From assembly GCF_964204645.1 (NCBI RefSeq), contig NC_134029.1, forward strand, positions 13,108,850 through 13,172,849: a stretch of DNA of 64,000 nucleotides, read 5' to 3'. Position numbers and translations under genes: made by a program. Shown here piece by piece: positions 50,729 to 63,578 of this stretch (the stretch's first letter is position 1; the number at the start of each line of letters is the position of its first letter). This DNA is from Tubulanus polymorphus. Lineage: Eukaryota; Animalia; Nemertea. Under the pieces are notes generated by a model, which was not told the origin of the DNA, searched no databases, and saw only the letters and a program-made list of their open reading frames with translations.

Positions 50729-53700
50729 AAAGTTGTGAATACACCCACAATGTAGATTAAAGAAACAATAGCTATTGTTTTTATTCTGACATTTCAATTT
50801 GAAATAAATCTCTGAAGATGGGTGGAAGTATTCCACTCGAATAGCTATTGTTTTTTTAATCTAAATATGTTCGTTATAACCGATAGTTCGTTATATCAAG
50901 TATGAAATTAGTCAACTTGTCTTACTTGGGACGAAATTCTTTATTTGTTATATCCGATGAATCGTTGTATCCAAGTTCGTTATAACGAGGTTCCACTGTA
51001 TGTATGTAAAACAAACTTTCAGTTATGACTTAAATAGATTCTGTTGCCTGAAGTTTGAGATTCCAATGTACAGATAATACAAAACAACCCAACTATAGTC
51101 AGTTAAGAGTTCGTTATTGATCATTTATTATTTCATAATCATTCATGATATTGTAAGATTGAATGAGAGATCGTTATTAAGAAGGTCCTATTAAGAAAGG
51201 AAACCTACGTCTTATTAATTCTAAAAGTATTTATACAGAATATACAACAGTTTTTACGATCCTTACAAATGACTATATATAAACAGAATAACAAAAGTTC
51301 TGGTTTCGGCCTTGAGTCAAGTGTATTGTTGATGACCATCGCTGATTGATACGTACAATCTTACTTATCAATTGTACAGCGAACCCCACTTAACTCTGAT
51401 CATTAGGGACCAATGAGATTAATCTGCTTCATGAGGTATCTGGATTAAATATAGGCTTAAATATATTTTTCTAAGCATTTTATGAAGTTACTTTGAAAAT
51501 GATATTCAGATAAACCATAACAATCAAGCTCATCAGATCAAATGGAGTGTACTGTTACATAGTCATGTGTTGCATTCTTTTTGATTACTTGGTACTTTAT
51601 ATTTCATTTCTATCTGCTGGTCTGAAATAAATGTATTCAGTATGTATCAGAGAAACAGGATATGAGAAATAAATTTTAAAAAATTTTGCGATGCATATAT
51701 GACATTGTTTTATGTTCTTCCTTTCTCAAGACTTTATTGAGCTTCTACTCTATGGTGCCAGTATTGTCCATATACAATGATCAACAGTCCAAGCTCGTTG
51801 CTTACAGTCTCCCAGGTTTACCTTGGGATGAAAAGTTGCATCAATTAGTAGACAAGAATATGATGTAGACTGATGGAAATAGGCCCTTAGAAATACATGG
51901 AAAAAAATGCAAAAATAAGTTGTAATGGTTTTATTTTTTAATTTGATTATATCGGGATTCGAACCCGATTACCTAAATCACGTGCTGATGGAATTCCCTT
52001 GAAAATGACGTCACACATTGGCAAAATAGCGTTTACTAAAATAATGCCGCATTGGCAAAATATCCACTTCCTTATTGATAAGGACCAATAAAGTCAATTT
52101 GATTTGCTTAGATTTAAAATGATCTTACCTCCAAATATTTAACATGTAGGCCTACTCGCGTATTTTAACTGGCCTTCTACTTGCAATTTCTTTTTCAAAC
52201 TCCATGCTTGCAAAAGACGAATTCGGTTGGTATACATCGATATTTACCGGTAATTTTTCCACTAAAAAGTGCATCTTTATGTTATTTGTCTTCCATTTTG
52301 GAACACTACTAAAATGAAAACCTCACTGACGAACTGACTAGCTCCGATTAAATGGTTTTCAATGAACAGAAAAACAACCTAGACAAAATAATCTCATCTA
52401 AATGTTGAATTAAATACTAACAGGCCTTATTCATGCACCTTTTTGTCTATTTTTATAATACAGCGTATATTTAAATGATCGTCATTTCTTCACTGAATCG
52501 TTATTTTCAACTTACTTAATTGATTTTGCCTTAGCTTCATAATAACTTAGTATAAGTAATTTTTTTACTAATTAAATATCACTTATCACGATTATTCTTA
52601 AATTCTAAAAGAACTAAAATGCTGATGTAAAACTTATTAATAATTAAATAATCTATTTCAATTAAACTCCCAAGCACCCCTGCGCGGTGGCAGCCATATT
52701 GCCATTGTTAAGCAACACGTTTTCACGCCGTTTTCACAGGCTTTCACGATCTATATAGTATTATATTCTCATAATGATTGCAAAACGCATTGGATGACAA
52801 TGTATAATAGGGGATCATTGACAACTGGACCAAAAGTGACACTGCTTCTTTGTTTGAGGTGAAACACATAGTGGATCATTGAATGATTAGATTCATTAGA
52901 GTGGATTCGAATGGAAGTGGAACAGAAAAAGTCGAAGGCCATTTGATTTATTATCCCGCGTTTAAAGGACGCGTTGTGGATTGTTCAGGTATTATTATTG
53001 TTATGTACATGTAGTAAAGTAAACGTTTATTGTGTTGGGCTTCAGGCCACCACAAGGTCACTAAAAGAATATGCTTATTGGAATGAAAACTAACATGACT
53101 AAGTAAATATTGTAGGCCTAGAATCTTTATTTTTAGTATTGAATTGAATTTGAATTAGTTATGGTTATTAGGAGGCCTTAAATGATTGAATGTCTAGTGA
53201 AAAAATTGTGAGTGATCATTCCAATCGTGAGGGATAAAAATGGAGTTTCTATGGTGTTTATTCATCCAATCTAAAAACCGCAGGATCATTTTGATTTTGT
53301 TGTGCGCCCATCATCGCCATTAAATTTGTATGCTGGACATGAAATTAGGTCGCTGTCGGAGTTTCGATTGTCGGCAAAAACGACGTTAGTGCAATCAATT
53401 CTTGACCATTTTTTTTCAAACTTTATAGGGTCTACACCAATAAGAATTGATCCAGACCAACACTATAAAATTGGAATTCCCATTTTTTGGCTTAAAAATG
53501 TGTCCACCAGGGGATTGTTGGAAAATGATGTTAGCGCGAGAGAGCCTTCAATTTTCCACTGATTTCTCAACAATGACAGTGTGATGAAAATCAGGTATTT
53601 ACATAATAGATTATATGAGCGTCGAAATGGTTTTAGTATAGATTACAGCGTGAGCATTGTAAATTCTTCTCATTTTAGGATGCCTACTCACTATTGAATG

Positions 53701-56025
53701 ATACAACAGCTGCTGCCATACGCTGATTATTCTGAAAACCTAATACTGTTGGGTGCATGCATGCTGTCGTCCACTCATTTAAAAGAAGAACTAATTGTCA
53801 AGGCATTGGACTGGATGCGAAGCAGTGAAAGTCTTCCATGAGGAAAAAAGTTGGACCCAAACCGGGTCAGCTAAATAATACGTAAGTACATGAATTCAAT
53901 ATATAATGGCTAGCGTTCATTTGTTGTTGATTTACAGGGGCGGATCCAAGCTGGAAGAACGAGGGTTCAGCTCTTATGAAAAGGGCACTAGTCAATACAG
54001 GTCTCACGGTGTGAAACGGTAGTATGGGGTTTGTGCACTTCGATCATAGGGTGGAATTTTTCACCTGTGATTCAAAAGGGCACTTGGTCAGAAAAGGGGA
54101 GGGTTTAACGTTTAATATGGCGCTCGAGGCGAACAATCACCGTGTCCTGATGCGTTGGGTGATTCAGTCGAAGGACGTGTTGGATACGGGCGATTCAGTC
54201 GGCGCAGACCCTGACAAATTAGGTGATTTTACTGACGATTTCGTTGCACAACATAAGTGCTCGACGAAATTGCCTAATGTGTCCCCAGCTTTAGTCCATT
54301 TGAGACTTTAGTCCAAGCGGGCTATTGCATTCACCCTTTGTTCGTCTGTTGTTGGAATCCAGTATTTTGGGTTTTAAGTTTTAATACTCTTGATATTTAA
54401 GTTATACATATATCTATCCTAGCCATGTCTCCAGCCCAAAACTGGTCCGAATCAAGATGGCCAAGTGCATTGGCCATTTTCGTTCCCCAAAATCATCACT
54501 TATGCAATTTTTTGAAGTTTTCAAGGGAAATTTTGAAGATGCTTCAATCTTGACACAAGATGGCCATCATGTGACCTTTTTTGTACCCAAAAAGGTCATT
54601 TTTGCCTTGTAGCTGCCTAATGGTTTGCAATTTTTCTTTGAAATTTGTAATGGGTGTACATTCTTAACAATCTAAAACATACGAGACAGATTTTTCGATC
54701 AGTCAAGCGTGACACATTTGGCAGCCATCTTAGTGTCATCAGTTCTTATTCGTATATAGAAAAAGGTTTTTGAAGGAAAATATCAACAGGTTTTGACTTA
54801 TAGTCTTGATATTTGAAAATTGTTACCACTGTTGTAGTATTCATCTCATGTGGAATTGGGGTTACCCAGGTTTTTGTTCTCACCACCAGGGGGAGTTGAA
54901 TATTGAATTATATACAATTTGTCTAATTTATTTTTGTACCTATGAATACTTTATAACATCGATCAATTATGAAATTGTAGCTTGTGACATGTTCTATGAT
55001 AGTGGTGAGTTTCAATGTCCTGTTTCTATTTTATTATGTTGATTGGTTAGCATTCGAAACCATATGGGCATGGTGTCCCTAGACCCCTTGTTTTTCATCA
55101 GGTGGCGTTGAACATTGAAATTTCCAGATTGTCAAGCATTTCACCATATGGCTTAAAATCAAGTCATTGAAGAGTGCAAAAACTGTTAACTGTTATATGC
55201 AGAAGACTCTTAGAAAAAGCTACAGAATTCAATCATCATCACAAGCAGCTGAAGTTGAATTATTTATCCGGGTAAAGAAATCATTTTATACTTTTGCTTA
55301 ATTTTTTTCAAATGGTTATCATTTCAGAACAATGTCAAAATGAGAAGGGTGCGAAAGAGGCCAACATAAGACATGCCATTACTCAAAGATTTATAAAATT
55401 TATGAAGATGAATAAATCAGTTAGTATGGAAAATGTGAATCTCTTGAGTACGTTCATTCTAAACAGCACATGGATTAAGGAGATGGTCCTCACATGGTGG
55501 TTTGATTTGAATTCAACAAAAAATAGCAATTGAAGACACCTGTATTTAGCATGAAGTACACGTGTAAGACACGTGTAATTTTGGATGAAATACACATGTA
55601 ATTAGGATAAAGTACACGTGTAATAAGGATGAAGTACACGTGTAATACACGTGTAATTTGGATGAAGTACACGTGTAATAAGGATGAAGTACACGTGTAA
55701 TTGGGATAAAGTACACGTGTAAAATTGGGCCAATTTTACACGTGTACTTGAAATACACGTGTATTTTCATTTACAATTACACGTGTACCATTTTCATAAG
55801 GGTACAAACTACCCACGTCGCAGCGAAATAGATGCGATGAAAAGTAGACACGTCGCAAATATACTACGGTGCAGCAATTATCCTACGTCGGAGAAAATAT
55901 ACACCGACGCAAATATACTACGGCGCAGCAATTATCCTACGTCGTAACAATGGTCATGTTTATTGCATGAATCGCGTTCCATAGTTCTTTGATATCTGTA
56001 AAGTTTAGAGAAAACGGTCGTTAAA

Positions 56026-56670
56026 ATGGAGGTCCATGTAAACCCGGTTGATAGGTTCGATCCGAACGGGGATGCGAGTAGCATTGGTCCTACTAGATGG
56101 GGAGATGGTATCGGTCATTCACGTATTATGTAGAGAGCAAGGCAGTTACTGATCCTGCTCAAAAGAGAGCGTTACTTTTACACTGTGCCGGTCCGGCGGC
56201 CCAGGACTTATTTGAAACTTTATCCGATGTTCCGTTGCCCGCAGGTGCTAATGCGGACAATGACAACTGTTTTCTACAGTCAGTAAGAAAATTAGAAGCA
56301 CATTTCCAGCCCAAGTTAAATACGCCCTACGAACGGTATGTTTTTGGATCTTTAAAACAGAAAGATAAAAGAAACGGCTCAAGGCTGTCGATCAGTATGT
56401 GACTAAGCTGCGTACCCAGGCCAGGAACTGTACATTTTCTAATAAAGACGTGCAAATCAGAGACCAGGCTATAAATTGCTGTCAATCTAACCAACTGCGT
56501 AGAAAGTTATTGCAGAAAGGGTAAGGTTTGACGCTTGATAATATGTTAGACATTGCACGCGCAATGGAAACCGTTGATTTGCAAACCAGAATTATGGAAT
56601 CGGGTAGTTCTAGTAGTAGCGTTAGTACCGGAGAGGTAAATCGCGTAAGTCCAGGTAGTGTAGCGTCTGT
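56026..56670 (+). pseudogene. Gypsy gag, frameshifted and 3'-truncated
   Basis: W.RW...F.YY...KRALLLHCAG...YERYVF...LRTQA.NC.F...IRDQ...LRRKLL; no pol or 3' LTR follows. Confidence 0.88.
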
Positions 56671-56742
56671 GCAATTGTAATTATCAAAATGTATTGTATT
56701 GAATTGTAATTAAAATTAAAAGTAAAAAAAAATTATATTAAA

Positions 56743-58445
56743 ATGGAGCCAGAACAATCACAAACTATCAATATTACAAAGAACACTGGTGTTATAAATA
56801 TATACTATAAGAAATGTTCTACATGTGAATTAGATAAATTAGCTATAACAGAATTTAGTAAACGTGAGATTAGCAAAGATGGTTTTCAATATTGCTGTAA
56901 AACTTGCATTAAACTATATACTAAGCAATATCGAGCAGATAATAGAGAACATTATAATTATTATATGACCGAATATATGAGAGAAAGATATAAAACAGAT
57001 CTTAATTTTAAAATGAAACAATGTATAAGGTCTAGATTAACACAATTATTCAACAAAGAAACGCATTCGGAAACACTATCTAATTTGTTGGGTTGTACAG
57101 ATGAATTTCTAAAATCATGGATTATATACCCCTGTGAAGCTGGCTCCCGGTTCCCGGTTCCTTATTCGGCTCCCGATTCAAAAACATTTTGAATCGGGAA
57201 CCGGGAACCGGGAGCCGGCTACTGGTTCGGCTCCCGATTCAAAATGTGAAGCTGGCTACTTATTCGCCAGGTGGCGCTGGTATACACAATGCCGTAGTCC
57301 AGATATTTTACGTAACTATGTCTACTCTGCTGATAAACAAAGTCGACCTCGACCTTGACAACAAATCGCCAGGTGATGGCGCGAGCCAATCCAGACGTCT
57401 AAACACGATTGCGTATGCGACCGCGAGAGCGGTCAGCTGTATGTAGCTATACGTCAGTAAGCTGCATCTATTAATAACATAACTTGGTTTAAGAACGTGT
57501 GTATTGCTCGGTCGTTTTTCTCGTCACCGAATCGACTTCTTCATATGTTATTCGCCTCTTTAACCATTTAATCAATAAACCATCGATTGTTCCCGAGCTA
57601 TAGGGTATTAATTAGTCAGCACTGAACGGGTTAACAAGAGAGAAAGTTTCTAACGAAAGTTATCGAATCCCTGAGAAAACAATATCTGCAAGTCCATGAA
57701 ATTGTAAGATATAAAATAAACAGACGCTTTCTGCCCGCCGTATAAATCACCCTTCATGGAGGGTAAATCCATTGTCAAAGATGAAAAAACAATCACTTCA
57801 ATATTCTATTAAACCTAATATTTTCCTATCTATCAAATTCCATAGAAAACATTAAAGAACCTTTTTCTCATCCCTAAACCGAAAATGACTGGAAATGAGA
57901 GCGCACATAAATTCTAATCCAATAGTCACCACGGTTGCATGGTAAAACAGTGAGACCACTAACATCGGCGCAGAGATAAGATGGTTGTTTAGACGTCTCA
58001 ATTGCAAAATGTGAAGCTGGCTACTTATTTGATTCGACTCTATTGCGGACAGCAGGTAAACATAATTACGTAACTATGTCTGCTGAAATGAGTGCAACCT
58101 TGACCTCGGCCACCAGGCTAATCGAGACGTCTGAATTAACACCACGCGTGTGACGATTTCCTCCCGATTCAAAATCATTTTGAATTGGGAGCCGAATCGG
58201 GAACCGGGAACCGGGAGCCAGCTTCACAGGGGTGGATTATATATCAGTTTGATGATGAAATGAATTAAAAAAACTATGGTGAATATTTCCACTTTGATCA
58301 CGTGTTACCAATATCGAAATTCAACATGAATGATGAACACAATCAGAAGCTAATCTGGAACTGGAAAAACTTAAGGCCCCTTGAAAAGAAGGAAAATTTG
58401 ATTAAATTTAATAAACTGGATTTACAGTTATATTTGGAGCAATAA
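56743..58445 (+). pseudogene. Viral-type HNH endonuclease with N-terminal Zn finger (Polinton cargo), split by a MITE
   Basis: KKCSTC..F..DG....CKTC, RSRL..LGC, then QFDDEMN*KNYGEYFHFDHVLP..W.NLRPL..ENL.K after MITE removal. Confidence 0.82.
57128..58233. mobile_element. MITE with 9-bp TSD (MULE-like)
   Basis: TIR acccctgtgaagctggctcccggttcccggttcc; TSD GGATTATAT. Confidence 0.92.
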
Positions 58446-58922
58446 GATAAAGCAAAGACATTTGTTGAATTATGGAATAGTAGCTCGCAGAATTGCCCAC
58501 ATACTGAATCTTTATAAGCGCTTATGATAACAGCCTGATAACACTTAGCCTATATAGCTGCAATATCTGGGAGTGTTTACTAAAACATCTGTTACCAGCT
58601 TACACTTCAATTGTAAAGAATTAATTAATTTCATTAAGCCTATAAAAGAACAGCTGTCACCAGCGCCGGCGCCAGACAGTGCCTCGATGTATTGGGTCAT
58701 TAGTCACCCACCTCAGCCACATTACATCATCCTCGATCGCGCATACAGGACGCATAGGATATTCTCTCTCGAAACACAGTTTACAGTTCTAAATCTAAAT
58801 GTAAGTACTGTTTTTTGTAATTATTATGAAGTAGGGAAACCTTTAAACATATTTAAGTACGGTAATTCATTTTCACAACAACTGCTTCATAAGTTAATTC
58901 TATAGATATCTTTTAGATTAAA

Positions 58923-59640
58923 ATGGATTACAGAGATCAACCAGAATTTCCAAGTCAACCATTGGAGAAGGAACCAATACCGATGGACAGTGATTCCCAG
59001 GATTCAACAGGAACGGATGATGTACCTCTCGTAATTGACGAACAAACTTCACAAAAATTACAAGAACATTTGGACTATCATCAAGAAATGGTGAAAATTC
59101 GGAGCGATGAAATACGTAATAAACAATTACCGCGCATACCACAATTACCATTACCACAATTACCAGCAGCACGCCTTAAATTGCTGTTAGGACTCACGGA
59201 ATCGACAAAAACTAAGAAAATGAGTGGAGAAGAGTTGAATGAGTTTTTAAAATCTAAATTAATCATTGAAACAGAACATTTAAACTTTCCAGAAATACAA
59301 AATGAAGAAGTTATTTCATTTGCCGAGATTACTGATATCTTAAAAACAAGTTATAAGACCATATTAAATAGAAAGGCAAAGCACCTATGGGACCACATCA
59401 TTTTCGGGGATTATTTAAATATAGGGTTTGCAATGTTTGATAAAGAAACTGAGGGGATTTCTTGGGGGGTTTAGGTTAAAAAGAACATACATATCAGTGC
59501 CGGCTTTGAAAGAAAACTGAGAAGAGTAGGAAGATTGATAAAATATGAAAAATTCCAATTATTAAGTTTAGCATTTAGTGAAGTTGTCAACTATTTGAAG
59601 AAATGATTGGAAACAATCCAGTAATTAAAGAATTCTGGAC
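58923..59640 (+). pseudogene. Uncharacterised Polinton-associated protein (reading continues past the stop at 59474)
   Basis: 183-aa ORF plus in-frame continuation; upstream TATAAAA (58641) and a candidate 5'UTR intron (gtaagt at 58801). Confidence 0.5.
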
Positions 59641-60543
59641 GAAATTATCAATTACAACATTGAAGATCTTTGTTATATAGATATAAAAAAATGTAATCTC
59701 GATTGTGTAAATCTGCTTTAATATTGTATTGTTATACATTAGTCGTTCGGTCGTTGTTAATGGCGGCGGCTGTTCCGTATTGATTGTTTACTGTTAACTA
59801 TGTATTACTCAATAACCGGTCCCATCGGACCGCATTTCTATTGTTCTCCATTGTTCTATCTTCGATCGCTGTTAACGGGAACAGCCGTTCTGTATTAACT
59901 GGTTACAGTTCTATGTTTGAATGTTGAAGTTTTCAGAATAAAAATATAACTATGTATTACGCAATAACCGGTCCTATAGGACCGCATTTCTATTGTTCTC
60001 CATTGTTCTATCTTCGATCGCTACAATTTGCATAATAAATATATGTGTTTATGAAATAGTAATTCCACACGGTGTTTTCGTTAAATTACTTTTCAGTTGA
60101 GGATTTATTATCGAGGAACCGAAATGACTTACCTGGACAGTTATAGTTACCGCTCCTAATAGATAGACAAAAGTAGTGAGATATTGAATCCTAATTTAAA
60201 TAAAATATATTAAAAAAACAATAACTTCAAATTGATAGTTAATTCTATTATATTTTTAATATTTTCTTATGCAATTCTAATTAACACTAGATTAAATAGA
60301 TTTTGATAAGAATTGAATAAAAATTACATATCTTCAAATAGATAGTGAATTCTAGTATATTTTTAATATTTTCTTTTGCAATTCTTGTTAACACTAGATT
60401 AAATAGATTTTGAATAGATTTGAATAAAAATTACATGTCTTCAAATAGCCAATTAGCCAGTATTTAAAATTCTTTAATTTTAAATAGCTAGTGTCATTTG
60501 AAGAATACTTATAATATTTTTTTTCGCTTTTTCTCTAATATGA

Positions 60544-61090
60544 ATGTCAAAGAAATCGAGTAAAAATAGTATTGATATTGAAAAGACAATTGAGGATTTA
60601 TGTATTACTGATGATAAAGATACAGTTGTTTCTAATTGTGCTCAAGTTGATAATAATATTGATTTTGAATACTATTTAATATGTAAGCACCATCTTGAGT
60701 TACTAATTGCTAGTGGTAAATGTAAGGAATTTATCGGAAAAATTATAACTTTTCAAGAATTAAATAACATGAAACCAGATGAAGTAATCGAACATTTCAA
60801 AATATACGAAGAAGCTAGATTAGCTAGAATAAACGATTCTATTAGTGATGGAATAGTAAAATGTTTCTCTAAATTATGTAACCGGATAATACCAATTGAT
60901 GATGAAAATAAGTTAGAATGAAGCGTATCCAACCCATTTCTGTAATTCTGTCGTAACTAAATAATCATTCTTTAAATCACTATATAATTAGGTGGATTGA
61001 TGGCATTAATTTCTACTGGAGTTATAACATTTTCTAACATTAAACCTATAGTATGTAAAGATAAAAGTAAATAAGAAGATATTGAATAAA
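60544..61090 (+). pseudogene. Uncharacterised Polinton accessory protein
   Basis: 125-aa ORF with degraded hydrophobic continuation; same composition and strand as neighbouring integrase and ATPase. Confidence 0.5.
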
Positions 61091-61111
61091 AACAAAAATT
61101 AACTAAAATAA

Positions 61112-61477
61112 ATGAGTGATGATATTAAGGAGAAACCTAGATCCGAAAAACAAATTAAATGGGCAAGGGAATTGGGTAAAAGATCTTCAGAATTAAAAAG
61201 AGCTAAGAAAAAGAAATTAACTGATATAAATGAGTCACAGACTTTATTTGATATTAATTCGAATGATAATCAATCTAATTCTTCTAATACTGAGAGAAAT
61301 AATTACTTATATATTACAATTGGATTAATCACAGTAATTATATTCTCTGGTGTAATATATAAATCTAAGTATAAATCTGATGATAATAATAATGATGATT
61401 ATAAACCTATTGTACCAGAAAATAAGTCAAATGATAAAACCATTGAAAATAAAGCAAGATTATTATTGATGGATTAA
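61112..61477 (+). CDS. Small Polinton protein with basic N-terminus and one TM helix
   Basis: RSEKQIKWARELGK..; YLYITIGLITVIIFSGVIY; tightly packed before the integrase. Confidence 0.6.
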   Translation: MSDDIKEKPRSEKQIKWARELGKRSSELKRAKKKKLTDINESQTLFDINSNDNQSNSSNTERNNYLYITIGLITVIIFSGVIYKSKYKSDDNNNDDYKPIVPENKSNDKTIENKARLLLMD

Positions 61478-61483
61478 AATAAG

Positions 61484-62561
61484 ATGAAAAAAGAACAATA
61501 TTTAAGAGGTTTATATTATAACCCAGAGAGTGAAGTATCATATTCTAGTGTTTCAGAATTATGGGATAAATTAAATCTGATAATGAAAATATAAAATATA
61601 GTGAACTAAAATTATGGTTAAAAAAACAAACAAACTTATCAAATCCATAAGAAAATGGATAAGAATTATTTAACAAGAAAAGTTATGGTTTCATATATTG
61701 ATCAACAATGGCAAGCAGATTTGATTGACATGAAAAACTTTGAAGAATACAACAAAGGATATTTCTGGATACTGAATGTTATAGATATATTCAGTAGATA
61801 CGCATGGTCAATTCCAATCAAAAATAAAACTGGTATAGAAGTAACAAATGCATTCAAATTAATATTTAAAGAAACTATTCCAGGTAAGATACAATTTGAT
61901 GAAGGTAAGGAATTCTATAATAAACATTTCAAAAAATTATTATCTGATAACGATGTAGAGTATTTTTCAACACACTCAGATAAAAAAGCATCAATCATAG
62001 AAAGATTTAATAAAACATTGAAAACTAGAATGTGGAAATATTTTACTGCTAATGAAACATATAAATATATCGATGTATTAGATGATTTAGTGAAAGGTTA
62101 TAATAATTCTAAACATTCAAGTATTGGTATGAAACCTATACAAACTAGAAAGGAAGAAAATTCAGAAATAATTTGGAATAATTTATATGGAGCATTTGTT
62201 ACACATGGTTTTGGTGAACCTAAATTTAAAATTGGACAACACGTTAGAATATCTAAATATAGAAAAACATTTTATAAAGGTTATACTCCAAATTTTACTG
62301 AAGAAAAATATTCAAGATTAAAAAGATAATATTAACTAAACCATTTGTTTATAATTTGGAATATTTAAAAGATAAGGAAATATTAGGTTATTTCTATGAA
62401 CAAGAATTATCACTTGTACCAAACCCGGATGATATAGAATACAAAATAGAAAAAGTATTAAACAAAAACTCTTAAAGGAAAAAAGTATTCTTTGGTGAAA
62501 TATAAAGGGTATGATGATAAATTTAATGAATGGATTTTATCTAGTAAAATTAAAAGAATAA
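61484..62561 (+). pseudogene. Polinton retroviral-like (c-)integrase with C-terminal chromodomain, frameshifted
   Basis: YYNP, WQADLIDM, VIDIFSRYAW, QFDEGKEF, IERFNKTLK, FKIGQHVRIS, LVKYKGYDDKFNEW. Confidence 0.93.
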
Positions 62562-63173
62562 ATGAATAAAGATTTATTTATATTTGAACCGCATAATATG
62601 TTAATAACTGGAGTAACCAACTGTGGTAAAACGCATTTCATATTAGATTTGTTAGAAACCATTTATAAGAATCCTTTTGATAATATAATATTATTTTGCC
62701 CAACTTATGAAATGAATAAAACATATAATAGAGATATAGTTAAGATAAAAAAGTTTATTATATTAGATCCTAAAACAGTAAAAGAAAATTTAGATAATTG
62801 TATAAAAATAGCAATTGATATTTATAAAGGAACAAATACATTATTCATTATAGATGATTGTGCTAATTTACATGATTCAAAAATTAGAGAAAGTGAGTTA
62901 TGTTATCCGGCTTTCTATGGGAGACATTTTGGGATAACAACTTGGGTTTTAAATCAAAAATATAATTCAATTTTTAAAGATTATAGAGAATACTTTAGAT
63001 TTTTAGTATTATTCTACAATAAAGACAGAAAATCAATGCAACAATCTCTGGAAGAAAATCAAATTATACCTACTGAATTACATGATGAATATATGAATAA
63101 ATTAAAAAGTAATAAAGGTTCAAAATTATTACTGAGACTACAATTTCTTTATGAATATAAATTTATAAAATAA
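62562..63173 (+). CDS. Polinton A32/FtsK-like genome-packaging ATPase
   Basis: Walker A GVTNCGKT, Walker B LFIIDD, GRH and LNQ motifs; adjacent to the integrase. Confidence 0.9.
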   Translation: MNKDLFIFEPHNMLITGVTNCGKTHFILDLLETIYKNPFDNIILFCPTYEMNKTYNRDIVKIKKFIILDPKTVKENLDNCIKIAIDIYKGTNTLFIIDDCANLHDSKIRESELCYPAFYGRHFGITTWVLNQKYNSIFKDYREYFRFLVLFYNKDRKSMQQSLEENQIIPTELHDEYMNKLKSNKGSKLLLRLQFLYEYKFIK

Positions 63174-63578
63174 GGTATTTTAAGCATTTATGTATTAGAT
63201 ACGTATTATGTGCCTTAATACTAAAATTTGAAATATTATAGAATTTTGAATTGTGTATGATTAACGAGTGGACGAATTGGACGAATTGGACGAATGGACG
63301 AATTGGATGAATGGACGAGGGTAACATATGTAATTTATATATTTTTGTTATTTAAAAAAAACAGTACTAAAGTTATTTTATCAATTTTATACTATATTTA
63401 AATATTATTTTAATAAAATATAAAATATATTAGCTGAAAATATAAATTATATTAGTTAAAAATATGAATATGATAAATCTGTCAAGACATAGGGGTTTAT
63501 TTCAAATGAGACCCCCCCCCCCCCCCTGTCGTACACTCGTACCATTCGTACTATTCGTACAACAATATGTATAGGAAA

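Larger units (their letters stand above)
45174..52071 (+). mobile_element. Mutator/MULE DNA transposon
   Basis: ~56-bp TIR ggaagtggatattttgccaatgcggc...; perfect 9-bp TSD TTATTGATA. Confidence 0.95.
43371..55802. mobile_element. EnSpm/CACTA-type element (CCC termini, 2-bp TSD), decayed, inserted in the right TIR of the IS3EU-like element
   Basis: TIR cccttatgaaaatggtacacgtgta; TA duplication; arrays of tacacgtgta at both ends; transposase-like remnant at 44150-44480 (-). Confidence 0.85.
21185..55983. mobile_element. IS3EU-like DNA transposon with ~295-bp TIRs, two convergent genes and nested insertions
   Basis: TIR tatggaacgcgattcatgc...; left 21185-21480, right split into 43254-43370 and 55803-55983; perfect 6-bp TSD GTTCTT (21179-21184, 55984-55989). 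The family name rests on recalled TAY termini and 6-bp TSD. Confidence 0.88.
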
